From assembly GCA_963726455.1 (NCBI GenBank), contig CAVSCK010000004.1, positions 288,001 to 352,000 of the forward strand: DNA of 64,000 nucleotides, given 5' to 3'. The notes beneath the pieces are model-generated. The model was not told where the DNA came from and did no database searches. It saw only the letters and a list, made by a program, of their open reading frames with translations. Within the stretch, counting starts at the first letter, position 1, and each line of letters opens with the position of its first letter. The position numbers were made by a program, and so were the translations under genes. Source of the stretch: an uncultured bacterium. Lineage in GTDB: Bacteria > Zixibacteria > MSB-5A5 > CAIYYT01. Shown here in pieces: positions 9,028-18,195 of the stretch.

Positions 9028-9616
9028 GATTGCAGACATCGTTGCGATGGTTCTGCTGTTCGTGATGGTGAACGTTTGTTCGACCCATCCGATCTTCGCC
9101 CAGCGCGTAGGATCGGACGGTTCGTTGTTCACCGACATCAAAGCCGCCAGAGTGGGGGACCTGTTGACGGTACTCGTGTACGAGGACGCTCAGGCATCCA
9201 ACGAGTCGGCTATGAAGACCGAGGAGAAGAGCGCTGCCTCCACTGCCAGTAGCGGCGGCGCCGGACCGCTTCATTTCATTCCGCTGTTTTCCGCTGACAA
9301 CACCAACGACAACAAGTATGACGGCAAGGGCCAGAACAGCCGGCGCGGTCTGCTGAAGGGGCGGATGACGGTGGAAGTCATGTCGGAGCGCAGTAACGGC
9401 GACCTGGTCATTCAGGGACAGCGCGTAGTGACGATTAACTCGGAGAATCAGACGATGACGCTGACCGGTATCGTTCGCCGCGCTGATATCAGCCCTGACA
9501 ACACTGTGAATTCTTACAGCATATCTGATGCGCGCATTGTTTACACCGGAAAAGGCCCGGCTTCGGATGGCTCGCGCCCCGGTTTGATTACGCGCGTCCT
9601 AAATTGGATTTTCTAA
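8999..9616 (+). CDS. flgH: Flagellar L-ring protein FlgH
   Basis: SLFTDIKAARVGDLLTV, NGDLVIQG, LTGIVRRADISPDNTV, SDARIVYTGKG, PGLITR. Confidence 0.93.
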   Translation: MKEQSKSANRIADIVAMVLLFVMVNVCSTHPIFAQRVGSDGSLFTDIKAARVGDLLTVLVYEDAQASNESAMKTEEKSAASTASSGGAGPLHFIPLFSADNTNDNKYDGKGQNSRRGLLKGRMTVEVMSERSNGDLVIQGQRVVTINSENQTMTLTGIVRRADISPDNTVNSYSISDARIVYTGKGPASDGSRPGLITRVLNWIF

Positions 9617-9631
9617 GCAGGAAGGTACCCG

Positions 9632-10750
9632 ATGCGCTTGATACGTCTGATAATTCTGGCAATCCTCATCTTTGTGCTGGTGAACATTATCTCTCTGATG
9701 AAAGCGTATGCGGAAGTCCGCATCAAAGACATCGCCCATGTTAACCAGACTGGTGAAACCGATGTCATGGGTTACGGATTGGTGATCGGCCTCAACGGCA
9801 CCGGTGACGGCAAAGGCGCGGAATTCACACTGCAGTCGGTAACCAATATGCTGCAGCGAATGGGTATCACCGTTCCGATCGAAAAAGTCAAAGTCAAAAA
9901 TGTTGCTGCGGTGCTGGTCACACTCAAAGTTCCGGCCAACGCCAAACTCGGTGACAAGTACGATGTGACCGTATCGTCCATAGGCGATGCATCCACACTT
10001 GAAGGCGGCACACTGGTGATGACGCCGCTCAGCGACCGGCAAGGGACGATCTACGGCTATGCCCAGGGTTCCGTGTCTATCGGCGGTTTCAACGTGCAGG
10101 TTGGCAGCAACAAGATCGTCAGCAACTATACGCTGGTAGGCCGCGTGCCCAACGGCGCCACGGTCGAACGCGAACCGACTCAGCCTGAAGTCGCACCCGG
10201 CGTTGTCAAGATGTCATTGTACAGCCCCGACTACACGACGGTACAGCGAATCAAAGAATCGATTAATGATCATTTCCCGGGTTGCGCGAGCACGGTCGAC
10301 GATGCGGGTCTCGCTCTCAAGATTCCGGGAGCATTGACCGCTACGGATGATAGAGTGCAATTCATTTCGCAGATTGAAAATCTCATGGTCAGCCCGGACG
10401 CCAAGGCGCGGGTCGTGATCAACGAAAAGACCGGTACTATTGTAGCCGGTGAACATGTAAGTATTGCCCCGGTAGCGTTGGCGCACGGCAACATTACCAT
10501 CGAAATCAAGTCATACCCGGTCATCAGCCAGCCGGCCCCGTTCTCGCAGGGTGTAACTAAGGAAACTACGGACACATACATCAGTGTCACCGAAGAACCG
10601 GTGCGCGTCGTTTATCTGGATGAACGCACCAACGTCTCGGAAATTGCAGCCGCGCTCAATGCCATCGGAGCAACTCCGCGCGACATCATCGCCATTTTCC
10701 AGGCCATCAAACAAGCTGGAGCACTGCGTGCTGAACTGGTCGTATTATGA
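9632..10750 (+). CDS. flgI: Flagellar P-ring protein FlgI
   Basis: RIKDI, GYGLVIGLNGTGD, VSSIGDA.SLEGGTL, and C-terminal ALNAIGATPRDIIAIFQAIKQAGALRAEL. Confidence 0.97.
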   Translation: MRLIRLIILAILIFVLVNIISLMKAYAEVRIKDIAHVNQTGETDVMGYGLVIGLNGTGDGKGAEFTLQSVTNMLQRMGITVPIEKVKVKNVAAVLVTLKVPANAKLGDKYDVTVSSIGDASTLEGGTLVMTPLSDRQGTIYGYAQGSVSIGGFNVQVGSNKIVSNYTLVGRVPNGATVEREPTQPEVAPGVVKMSLYSPDYTTVQRIKESINDHFPGCASTVDDAGLALKIPGALTATDDRVQFISQIENLMVSPDAKARVVINEKTGTIVAGEHVSIAPVALAHGNITIEIKSYPVISQPAPFSQGVTKETTDTYISVTEEPVRVVYLDERTNVSEIAAALNAIGATPRDIIAIFQAIKQAGALRAELVVL

Positions 10751-11664
10751 TTTCCGCCAAGGACAATATCGCGTCGATTGCGGTCCAGCCCAAGCAAACC
10801 TCGCTTACAGAGACAGACCAGCGAAAGCTTAAGCTGAAGAAGGCCACGCAGGCCTTTGAGGCAATCTTCATCAGCCAGCTCCTAAAGAGCATGCGTTCAA
10901 CCTCATTCAACCAAGAGGGAGAGAACGGCTTTGGCAAAGACATCATGATGTCAATGGCAGACGAAGGCGTATCGATGCAGTTCGCCAAGAAGGGGATGTT
11001 GGGTATCGGCAAGCTATTGTATGAACGTCTCGCCAAGCGCCTGGATGCTATGCCGCCAGACGATCACCAGCTTAAAATCACAAAGACAAACCGTCAAGTG
11101 CTACAGGATATTCCGGCCGTCCCACCGCCACCAAAATTGCGAATGGCAGAGAAGAAGACACTGACCATGGCCAGCCCCAAAGCGGCTCCGGCTGCTGTGG
11201 CAAATATCCCCAGAGCCCCGGTTACCTCGACAGGCAGTAACTTGGTCGAACCCAAGTCCGAACAAGCTGGCAGACTGCCGGCGTTGGAGAAGTATATATC
11301 ACAGATCCGTTCAGCGGCTGCCGAGGCAAATCTATCCGAAGACCTTATCAAGTCGATAATCATGCGCGAATCGGGCGGCAACTCGCAGGCCGTCTCCCAC
11401 AAGGGAGCAGCCGGCTTGATGCAACTTATGCCTGACACAGCCAAAGCCATGGGCGTAAACGACCCGCTTGACCCCGAAGAGAACATTCGCGGCGGCGCCA
11501 AGTACCTGCGCTCCCTGATAGACCGCTTTGGCGACCTGAAGACGGCACTGACAGCTTACAATGCCGGTCCCGCCAACGTAGAACGACATGGTGGTGCGGC
11601 TCACTTCCCGGAGACCGACAAGTACGTCCAGCAGATACTTTCTGATCTCAGGAAGACCAAATGA
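10747..11664 (+). CDS. flgJ: FlgJ: rod-binding domain fused to an SLT (GH23) lytic transglycosylase
   Basis: LKKATQAFEAIFISQLLKSMR rod-binding motif; C-terminal RESGG...SHKGAAGLMQLMPDTA...AYNAGP. Confidence 0.85.
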   Translation: MISAKDNIASIAVQPKQTSLTETDQRKLKLKKATQAFEAIFISQLLKSMRSTSFNQEGENGFGKDIMMSMADEGVSMQFAKKGMLGIGKLLYERLAKRLDAMPPDDHQLKITKTNRQVLQDIPAVPPPPKLRMAEKKTLTMASPKAAPAAVANIPRAPVTSTGSNLVEPKSEQAGRLPALEKYISQIRSAAAEANLSEDLIKSIIMRESGGNSQAVSHKGAAGLMQLMPDTAKAMGVNDPLDPEENIRGGAKYLRSLIDRFGDLKTALTAYNAGPANVERHGGAAHFPETDKYVQQILSDLRKTK

Positions 11665-11665
11665 G

Positions 11666-11693
11666 TGAAGTATTTAGCCATTCGTTCCGAAAT
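11666..11693 (+). promoter_or_regulatory. Putative sigma28 promoter for flgN-flgK-csrA-flgL-fliW
   Basis: TGAA-N16-TCCGAAAT in the flgJ-flgN gap. Confidence 0.5.
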
Positions 11694-11713
11694 AGAAACT
11701 AAGAGAGGTTCTT

Positions 11714-12214
11714 TTGGAACAGAAGACTTTACAGTTAATCAAACTTATCGGAGATGAAGTAGTCATCTTCGAAGCATTTCTTGACCTGTTGAATCGTCAA
11801 CAGGCAGCGTTAGTCGCCAACGACATGGAGCTGTTGGCGCAAGTGACCGATGAACAGGAACGTCTGGCGCTGACAACTTCGCAGGTTGAGAAGCGCCGTG
11901 CCGATCTGGTGCGGCAACTATCGCAGGAACTGAATCGCTCCCAATCCGACATCAATCTCACGGAGCTGGCGAAACTTGTGGCGGGACCGGAGTCGCGCGA
12001 ACTGCAAAGTCTGCAGGAAACGCTGACCGGCCTGCACGAGCAAATTGCCACCATCAAGTCCCGCAATGATTTTCTGATCAAGAAATCGATGGAATACATC
12101 AATAACACGATGACGTATCTGACCGCTTCCGGGGAAAAGGAAGCGACCTACGTTGCCGATAAAACTAAGCGGGCAAACAACGGCCATCTGGCGGTTGTCG
12201 ATCGGAGGATATAG
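11714..12214 (+). CDS. flgN: Flagellar export chaperone FlgN
   Basis: Helical protein with QQAALVAND...RNDFLIKKSMEYI...Y. Directly upstream of flgK; TTG start. Confidence 0.8.
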   Translation: MEQKTLQLIKLIGDEVVIFEAFLDLLNRQQAALVANDMELLAQVTDEQERLALTTSQVEKRRADLVRQLSQELNRSQSDINLTELAKLVAGPESRELQSLQETLTGLHEQIATIKSRNDFLIKKSMEYINNTMTYLTASGEKEATYVADKTKRANNGHLAVVDRRI

Positions 12215-12216
12215 GA

Positions 12217-13599
12217 ATGCCGGGGCTTTTCACAGGATTGGAAATCGGAAGGCGCGCGATGTTGGCGCAGCAGATGGCGATGAACACTGCATCGCACAAC
12301 ATTGCCAACTCGACCACGCCGGGTTACACCAGGCAGCGGGCCAGTCTCGTTGCCACTTACCCGTTGGACACGCCGCAGGGTAATGTAGGTACGGGAGTTG
12401 TCGCGGAAAGCATTCGTCAGATTCGCGATTTGTTTTTGACCCAGCAGTACCGCTACGAAAATAGCAGCATGACACGCTGGGACTCGACCAACAAAACCTT
12501 GTCGCAAGTCGAATCGTTCTTCAACGAACCGGGGGACAAGGGCCTCAACCAGCTAATCACCGACTTCTGGAATGCGTGGGAAAACCTGTCAACGAATCCG
12601 ACTGCGCGCAGTACTGTCGTCGAGAAGACGAAAGTGCTGGTGAATGCTTTTAAGCAGCACGGAACACAGCTTATCGACCTGAGAGCCAGCGTCGACACCG
12701 ACATTAAAAACAAGGTTCAGGAGATAAATCAACTTGGCTCGCAGATAGCGTCCATTAACAGGGCGATCGTAGGCGCCGAGTTGGGCGGCGAGCGTGCCAA
12801 TGATCTTCGGGACAAGCGTGATCTATTGATTGACGATCTGTCCAATCTGACGCAGGTGCGAACCATGGAGCGAGCTAACGGCGCGGTCACGGTATTGTTG
12901 GGATCAATGGCGCTGGTTGACGGCGCGGAATCGCTTCAAATCGCTACCAAGACCGAAGGCAGCGGCAACGCCACGGTTACGCGCGCAGTCTGGCAGAACA
13001 CGAATTTTACAATCGAGTTCACCGGCGGCGAACTTTACGCGTTACAGCAGATGCGCGACAAAACGCTGCCCGAATATCAGGAGAATCTCGATTTGCTCGC
13101 CAAAACCGTGGTCGAACAAGTGAACGAAGTCCATCGCGCCGGCATCGGCGCCACCGGCACCACAGGTGTGAATTTCTTCACGCCGTTCAACACGACCGCG
13201 ATTTCGATGTCTTTGAACGTCGAAGTTGAAAACGATCCGAACTTGATCGCGGCTTCGATCTCCGGAGAACCTGGCGATACCAGAAACGCCCAGGCGATCA
13301 GCGAACTGCGGTATGCCCGCAACCTGTCGTCGGATTCGGTAACGATTAACGAATTCTACGCCGGCCTGGTGAGCACGCTGGGAATCAAGACGCAGGAATC
13401 TTCAAATCTCAAGGAAAATTACAATCTGTTGGTCACGCAACTTACCAATGCCAAGCAATCGGTGCAGGGTGTGTCGATTGACGAGGAAATGACCAACATG
13501 ATGAAATATCAGAGAGCGTACGAAGCATCGGCGCGCATAGTCACTTATATCGACTCAGCTTTGGAGACGATTATCAGCGGCATGGGCGCAACTAGATAA
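12217..13599 (+). CDS. flgK: Hook-associated protein FlgK
   Basis: HNIANSTTPGYTRQ, ANDLRDKRDLLIDDLS, GVSIDEEMTNMMKYQRAYEASAR. Confidence 0.96.
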   Translation: MPGLFTGLEIGRRAMLAQQMAMNTASHNIANSTTPGYTRQRASLVATYPLDTPQGNVGTGVVAESIRQIRDLFLTQQYRYENSSMTRWDSTNKTLSQVESFFNEPGDKGLNQLITDFWNAWENLSTNPTARSTVVEKTKVLVNAFKQHGTQLIDLRASVDTDIKNKVQEINQLGSQIASINRAIVGAELGGERANDLRDKRDLLIDDLSNLTQVRTMERANGAVTVLLGSMALVDGAESLQIATKTEGSGNATVTRAVWQNTNFTIEFTGGELYALQQMRDKTLPEYQENLDLLAKTVVEQVNEVHRAGIGATGTTGVNFFTPFNTTAISMSLNVEVENDPNLIAASISGEPGDTRNAQAISELRYARNLSSDSVTINEFYAGLVSTLGIKTQESSNLKENYNLLVTQLTNAKQSVQGVSIDEEMTNMMKYQRAYEASARIVTYIDSALETIISGMGATR

Positions 13600-13617
13600 A
13601 TAACCACGGAGGGTGGA

Positions 13618-13941
13618 TTGCTGATTCTAACACGGAAGTTAGGAGAGTCAATCACGATAGGTGACAATATCAAGGTCACCGTACTCGGCATCTATGGTCG
13701 TCAAGTTCGGCTGGGAATTGACGCGCCTCTGAAAGTGGTGGTTCACCGCGAAGAGGTCTACGTCCGCATCCAGAACGAGAATCGCAAGGCGGCGCAATCG
13801 GGCAAGAAGGACCTGATGTCGGTCGTGAATATGCTCAAGAATAAGTTCAAGGGTGAGATCAAACCGGGCACGCCAAAAACCGAACTGGAGTACCGGGAAC
13901 ACAAACACAAAAGGAATATCAGGCCGGACGGCAAACCATAG
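13618..13941 (+). CDS. csrA: Carbon storage regulator CsrA with a C-terminal (FliW-binding type) extension
   Basis: [23 protein letters not shown]...VRLGIDAP...[18 protein letters not shown] start with GGAGG RBS. Confidence 0.95.
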   Translation: MLILTRKLGESITIGDNIKVTVLGIYGRQVRLGIDAPLKVVVHREEVYVRIQNENRKAAQSGKKDLMSVVNMLKNKFKGEIKPGTPKTELEYREHKHKRNIRPDGKP

Positions 13942-13951
13942 GGAGGCGGTA

Positions 13952-14092
13952 ATGAACCAGGGCAAACTGGACCGCAGCGGCAAGGACAGTAATTCGACGC
14001 GCCAGCCAAAGGGCAACGGCGACGGCAAACCGCAGGACGAACTGCGCTTTCCGACCGCCGTCGATCAGGGGTTCGTTTATTACGAAGAGTAG
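13952..14092 (+). CDS. Small 46-aa hypothetical protein
   Basis: Strong GGGAGG RBS right after the csrA stop. MNQGKLDRSGKDSNSTRQPKGNGDGKPQDELRFPTAVDQGFVYYEE fills the gap to flgL. Confidence 0.55.
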   Translation: MNQGKLDRSGKDSNSTRQPKGNGDGKPQDELRFPTAVDQGFVYYEE

Positions 14093-14098
14093 GAAACT

Positions 14099-16024
14099 AT
14101 GAGAGTCACTAACGAAATGATTGCCAATCAGGTTGTCTACAACCTGACCCAGAATATCAATCGTTTCTACGTTCTCCAGAACCAGATGTCGACGAACAAG
14201 AGGATCAACAAGGCCTCTGATGACCCGATCGGCACCATCAAGGATCTGTCGTATCGTGAGCGGCTCTCGGAACTGACTCAATTCAAGAGCAACATCTCTA
14301 TCGGGAGCACCTGGTTGGCCTCCAGCGACACGGCGATGAACGACATTAGCACTGCAATGACGAACGCCCACGCCGTTGCCGTGGAAATGTCCAACGACAC
14401 ATTTGATGCTGTAGCCAGGGAGGCAGCCGCCAACGAGGTTCAATCGCTGCTCGATCAAGTTCTGGCGGCAGGCAATTCGCAGCTACAGGGCAACTATCTG
14501 TTCTCGGGCTATCGAACCCGCACCAAGTCGTTCGAATCTACATCTGTCGGCGTCGTTTATCGTGGTGATTCGGGAGCCATCAGCTACACGATTGACAGCA
14601 AAGCCAAAGTACAGATCAACACCATCGGCTCGAACCTGCTGACCAAGGCCTTCCGAGTTATCGGTGACAAATCCGACTTGCAGCCGGGTATCATCGCCAC
14701 GACACCGCTGGCGAATCTGAACGGCGGTAATGGCGTTGATCTCACTCCGGGCACTTTTGCTGTGAAAGACTTGAATCTTAATAATACGGTCACGATCGAC
14801 ATTTCGGCAGCTACGACCGTCGCTGATGCGATTGCGGCGATCAACGCGCAGTTGACTGCCGGTGGCATCACCAATCTGACGGCCTCGCTTGGCCTGGAAG
14901 GAAACAATATCCGGCTGGTCGCCACCGATGATCCGCGTGTAAGTCTGTCTACAGCTTTGGCGAACCTGAATAGCGGCGGCGGCGTTGATATGCAGCCGGG
15001 CAAATTCATAATCAGAAATCAATCCGGTTCGACCAACGTGACTGTCGATCTCACCGGCGATGTTACGATCGGTGATGCGATCAACTCGATCAATGCGCAA
15101 TTGACAGCCGCGGGAGTGACGAATGTCACGGCGGCGCTGAACGCCGGCAGTACCGGCATCGATATCACCGACACCAATGGTGTTCCGCTCGGGCTCTACA
15201 TCGAAGAAACTTCATTGTATGATGCCACGGCGGCGAATCTCGGTCTGAGTGGCTCGATTAATCCCGTGCTTTCCGGCAGCAATCTGAATCCTACCCCGAA
15301 CTTCCAGGTGGACGAAGCGGCTCCGGGACAGACAACCGGCGCCGATCTTGGCTTGCTTGGTGCTTTCACCAGAAACCAGATCGGTACTTCACTGGCACCA
15401 CAACTCCTGGCCACCACAACTCTCAACCAACTGCGGAGCAACAACGGCATTCCCCAGGGGGCAATCAAGATTGCTCTGGGAGAAACGTCGGTCACGATAG
15501 ATACCACCACTGGCATAGCAACCGTGCAGGACCTTCTGAACGCCATCAACGGCAGCGGCCTGGCAATCACCGCCGCGATCAACGCCGGTCAGACCGGCAT
15601 CCAGATTACTAACAACGATCCGACCCGCACGTTGATCATTTCCAACGGCGATGACAATCGCACTGCCAGCTCCCTCGGCTTATTCGGTTCCTCCGATGTG
15701 CTGGGCAATCTTATGCTGCTGGTGGAATCATTACATCAAAACGATCGCCAATCCGTCTCCGAGCTGGTCGGTCCCACGGATTCGGCCCTCAATGTTGTGC
15801 TCAACGAACGCGCGGCGGCAGGCGCCAAGGTCATCCGAATGGAAACGACCTTGTCCCGTCTCGAAGAATATGAAGTCAACTACACGAAGTTGCTCTCCGA
15901 GGTGGAAGATGCCGACGTAACCAAGCTTATAACCGATCTGGCGATGGCGGAAAATGCGTACAAATCGGCGCTCAATGCCGCATCGAGAATTTTACAACCG
16001 TCACTACTCGACTTTATCAGGTGA
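14099..16024 (+). CDS. flgL: Hook-associated protein FlgL with a large repeated central insert
   Basis: MRVTN..., KRINKASDDP, YLFSG, and C-terminal EDADV...Y.SALNA.SRILQPSLLDFIR. Confidence 0.93.
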   Translation: MRVTNEMIANQVVYNLTQNINRFYVLQNQMSTNKRINKASDDPIGTIKDLSYRERLSELTQFKSNISIGSTWLASSDTAMNDISTAMTNAHAVAVEMSNDTFDAVAREAAANEVQSLLDQVLAAGNSQLQGNYLFSGYRTRTKSFESTSVGVVYRGDSGAISYTIDSKAKVQINTIGSNLLTKAFRVIGDKSDLQPGIIATTPLANLNGGNGVDLTPGTFAVKDLNLNNTVTIDISAATTVADAIAAINAQLTAGGITNLTASLGLEGNNIRLVATDDPRVSLSTALANLNSGGGVDMQPGKFIIRNQSGSTNVTVDLTGDVTIGDAINSINAQLTAAGVTNVTAALNAGSTGIDITDTNGVPLGLYIEETSLYDATAANLGLSGSINPVLSGSNLNPTPNFQVDEAAPGQTTGADLGLLGAFTRNQIGTSLAPQLLATTTLNQLRSNNGIPQGAIKIALGETSVTIDTTTGIATVQDLLNAINGSGLAITAAINAGQTGIQITNNDPTRTLIISNGDDNRTASSLGLFGSSDVLGNLMLLVESLHQNDRQSVSELVGPTDSALNVVLNERAAAGAKVIRMETTLSRLEEYEVNYTKLLSEVEDADVTKLITDLAMAENAYKSALNAASRILQPSLLDFIR

Positions 16025-16030
16025 GGCAAG

Positions 16031-16516
16031 ATGTTAGTGGAGACCATTCAATTCGGGCCATTGGAAATCACGGAAGATGATATTATCACCTTTCCCAAAG
16101 GCGTTCTCGGTTTCGAGACACTTGAAAAGTACGTGATTATCGACCACGCGGATTGCTGGCCGTTCCGCTGGCTACAATGTATCGAAGCGTCCGAGATCGC
16201 GTTCGTCATTGTCAACCCGCTGATGTTTTTCCCCGGCTATCGGGTGGCAGTGCATGCCAAGGAAGTGGCCGATATCGAGGTGGAAGATCCTCACGAAGTT
16301 GAAATTTCGGTTATCGTGACGATTCCGACGCAGGTGGAGCACATGTCGGCCAACCTGCAGGGTCCGGTGTTGATCAACAATCGCAATCGGATGGCAAAGC
16401 AATTGGTGCTTACCAACAGTGATTATACGGTACAACATTCTATTACTGAACAACTGACGCGCATCCAGATGAAGAGGGAACACCTTCCGGCCGCCACTGT
16501 GGAGCTCACGCGATGA
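16031..16516 (+). CDS. fliW: Flagellar assembly factor FliW (CsrA antagonist)
   Basis: ITFPKGVLGFE, PFRWLQ, F.IVNP..FFPGY, SANLQGPVLIN. Confidence 0.95.
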   Translation: MLVETIQFGPLEITEDDIITFPKGVLGFETLEKYVIIDHADCWPFRWLQCIEASEIAFVIVNPLMFFPGYRVAVHAKEVADIEVEDPHEVEISVIVTIPTQVEHMSANLQGPVLINNRNRMAKQLVLTNSDYTVQHSITEQLTRIQMKREHLPAATVELTR

Positions 16517-16596
16517 TTGTTGCTATCGCGTCGCACCGCGCTGCGGCACCAGTTGGCAGGTAATAAAACCATGGAAGGGCATGCATAGGAGAGAGC

Positions 16597-18195
16597 ATGA
16601 CGGAGGCCCGCACACAGCCGTCGTTCCCCGGGACGGGGATCCTCGGCGTCGACAAGATCAAGAGCACAATCGAAGAAGCTGCCAAGGCCGTTGCTGCCGG
16701 CAATTATGAATTTGCCCTCAGTCTGCTTAATGATGCGATTGAGTTGGCGCCGGCCTCCACCGAGTTGCTGACCGCGGCCGCTCTGGTGACATTGAGAGCG
16801 GGAGACGCGAACCGGGCTGAGAAGTATCTGGTGCAGGCGCTTCAGCTCGTGCCGAAGAACAAAGACATCCTTCACAATCTTGCGCTTCTGTACTGGGGAG
16901 AGAATCGGCACTCCGACGCTCGCGGTATGCTGTTGCGGCTGGTTGACGTCGATCCCTCGGACGCGGACGGTTTCAACGATCTCGGCGTACTCGAAGATCA
17001 ATGCGGCAACGTCGCCGACGCAACTACGGCATTCAAAACGGCGCTCACCCTGCCCGGCGCAACCAGAAAGACATTCGAAAATTGCTTTGACTTTTTCGTA
17101 CGCGCAAATGCGATCACGGACTTTCGTTCGGCCATCGGCACGTACCTGACTCGTTACGGTGAGGACGACGTAGTCCGCAAGTGGCAGAGTGAAGCAGCCC
17201 GGTCATTCGAGCTAAAACCCAATCCAGAAATCGTCCCTGACGACATCTACTCAACCGGAGTGAACGGGCTGAAGATAGCGTTCTTCGCCGCATTCCAAAC
17301 ATTTCTTGATCCGATCATCGCCGATCTGAAGAAAGATAACGAGATCAAACTCTTCACGTCCGGGACGGATCGGCAGATGCGCGATTTGCTGGAATGGTGT
17401 GATCTGGCGTGGTTCGAATGGTGCGACAGTTTGCTCATCGCCGCGACCAAGATGCCCAAGCGCTGTAAGATTATCTGCCGCTTGCACAGTTACGAGGCGT
17501 TCACGGAAATGCCGCAGCAGGTTGATTGGAGCAAAGTCGATCATCTCATTCTGGTCAACCGCTCGGTGCAGGAAGTGCTCGCCCGTAGCGTCAGAATCCC
17601 GACGCCGACTACCATCATTCATAATGGAGTCGATACCGGCAAATTTTCAATTCCGGAGAACAAGACTTACGGAAAGCGGATTTGCTCGGTGGGATACATC
17701 AACTACAAGAAGAACCCGGCGCTCTTGCTTTATTGTTTCAAGGCGATCCACGATTACGATCCGTCTTATCGCTTCCACATTGCCGGAGCGCATCAGGATC
17801 CGCGTATCCAGATCTATTTCGAGCACTTGATTCCGATACTGAATATTCCCGTCGTGTTTGACGGCTGGGTCGAAGACATGCCCGGCTATCTGCGGGATAA
17901 AGATTATGTTATCTCAACTTCGCTGTTTGAGTCATTCCATTACTCGATCGCGGAAGGCATGGCAAGTGGCGTGCTGCCGCTGATTCATGACTGGCCCGGC
18001 GCTTCGTATCTCTATCCACATGAGTACTTGTTCACGACTCCGGATGAATGCACGACCTTGATCAAGCGTCTTGAAACTCAGGACCGCCAGCAACTGGGCC
18101 GGAAGTGCCGTGACTTCATCGTCTCGCATTATGATCTCGACAAGCAATTAGCCAAAGTCAATTCTCTCGTGAAGACGGTGGCGGAAGGAAAATGA
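16597..18195 (+). CDS. TPR + GT4 (GT-B) glycosyltransferase, probably acting in flagellin glycosylation
   Basis: N-terminal TPR helices; IIHNGVD; EX7E motif FESFHYSIAEGMASG. Confidence 0.85.
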   Translation: MTEARTQPSFPGTGILGVDKIKSTIEEAAKAVAAGNYEFALSLLNDAIELAPASTELLTAAALVTLRAGDANRAEKYLVQALQLVPKNKDILHNLALLYWGENRHSDARGMLLRLVDVDPSDADGFNDLGVLEDQCGNVADATTAFKTALTLPGATRKTFENCFDFFVRANAITDFRSAIGTYLTRYGEDDVVRKWQSEAARSFELKPNPEIVPDDIYSTGVNGLKIAFFAAFQTFLDPIIADLKKDNEIKLFTSGTDRQMRDLLEWCDLAWFEWCDSLLIAATKMPKRCKIICRLHSYEAFTEMPQQVDWSKVDHLILVNRSVQEVLARSVRIPTPTTIIHNGVDTGKFSIPENKTYGKRICSVGYINYKKNPALLLYCFKAIHDYDPSYRFHIAGAHQDPRIQIYFEHLIPILNIPVVFDGWVEDMPGYLRDKDYVISTSLFESFHYSIAEGMASGVLPLIHDWPGASYLYPHEYLFTTPDECTTLIKRLETQDRQQLGRKCRDFIVSHYDLDKQLAKVNSLVKTVAEGK

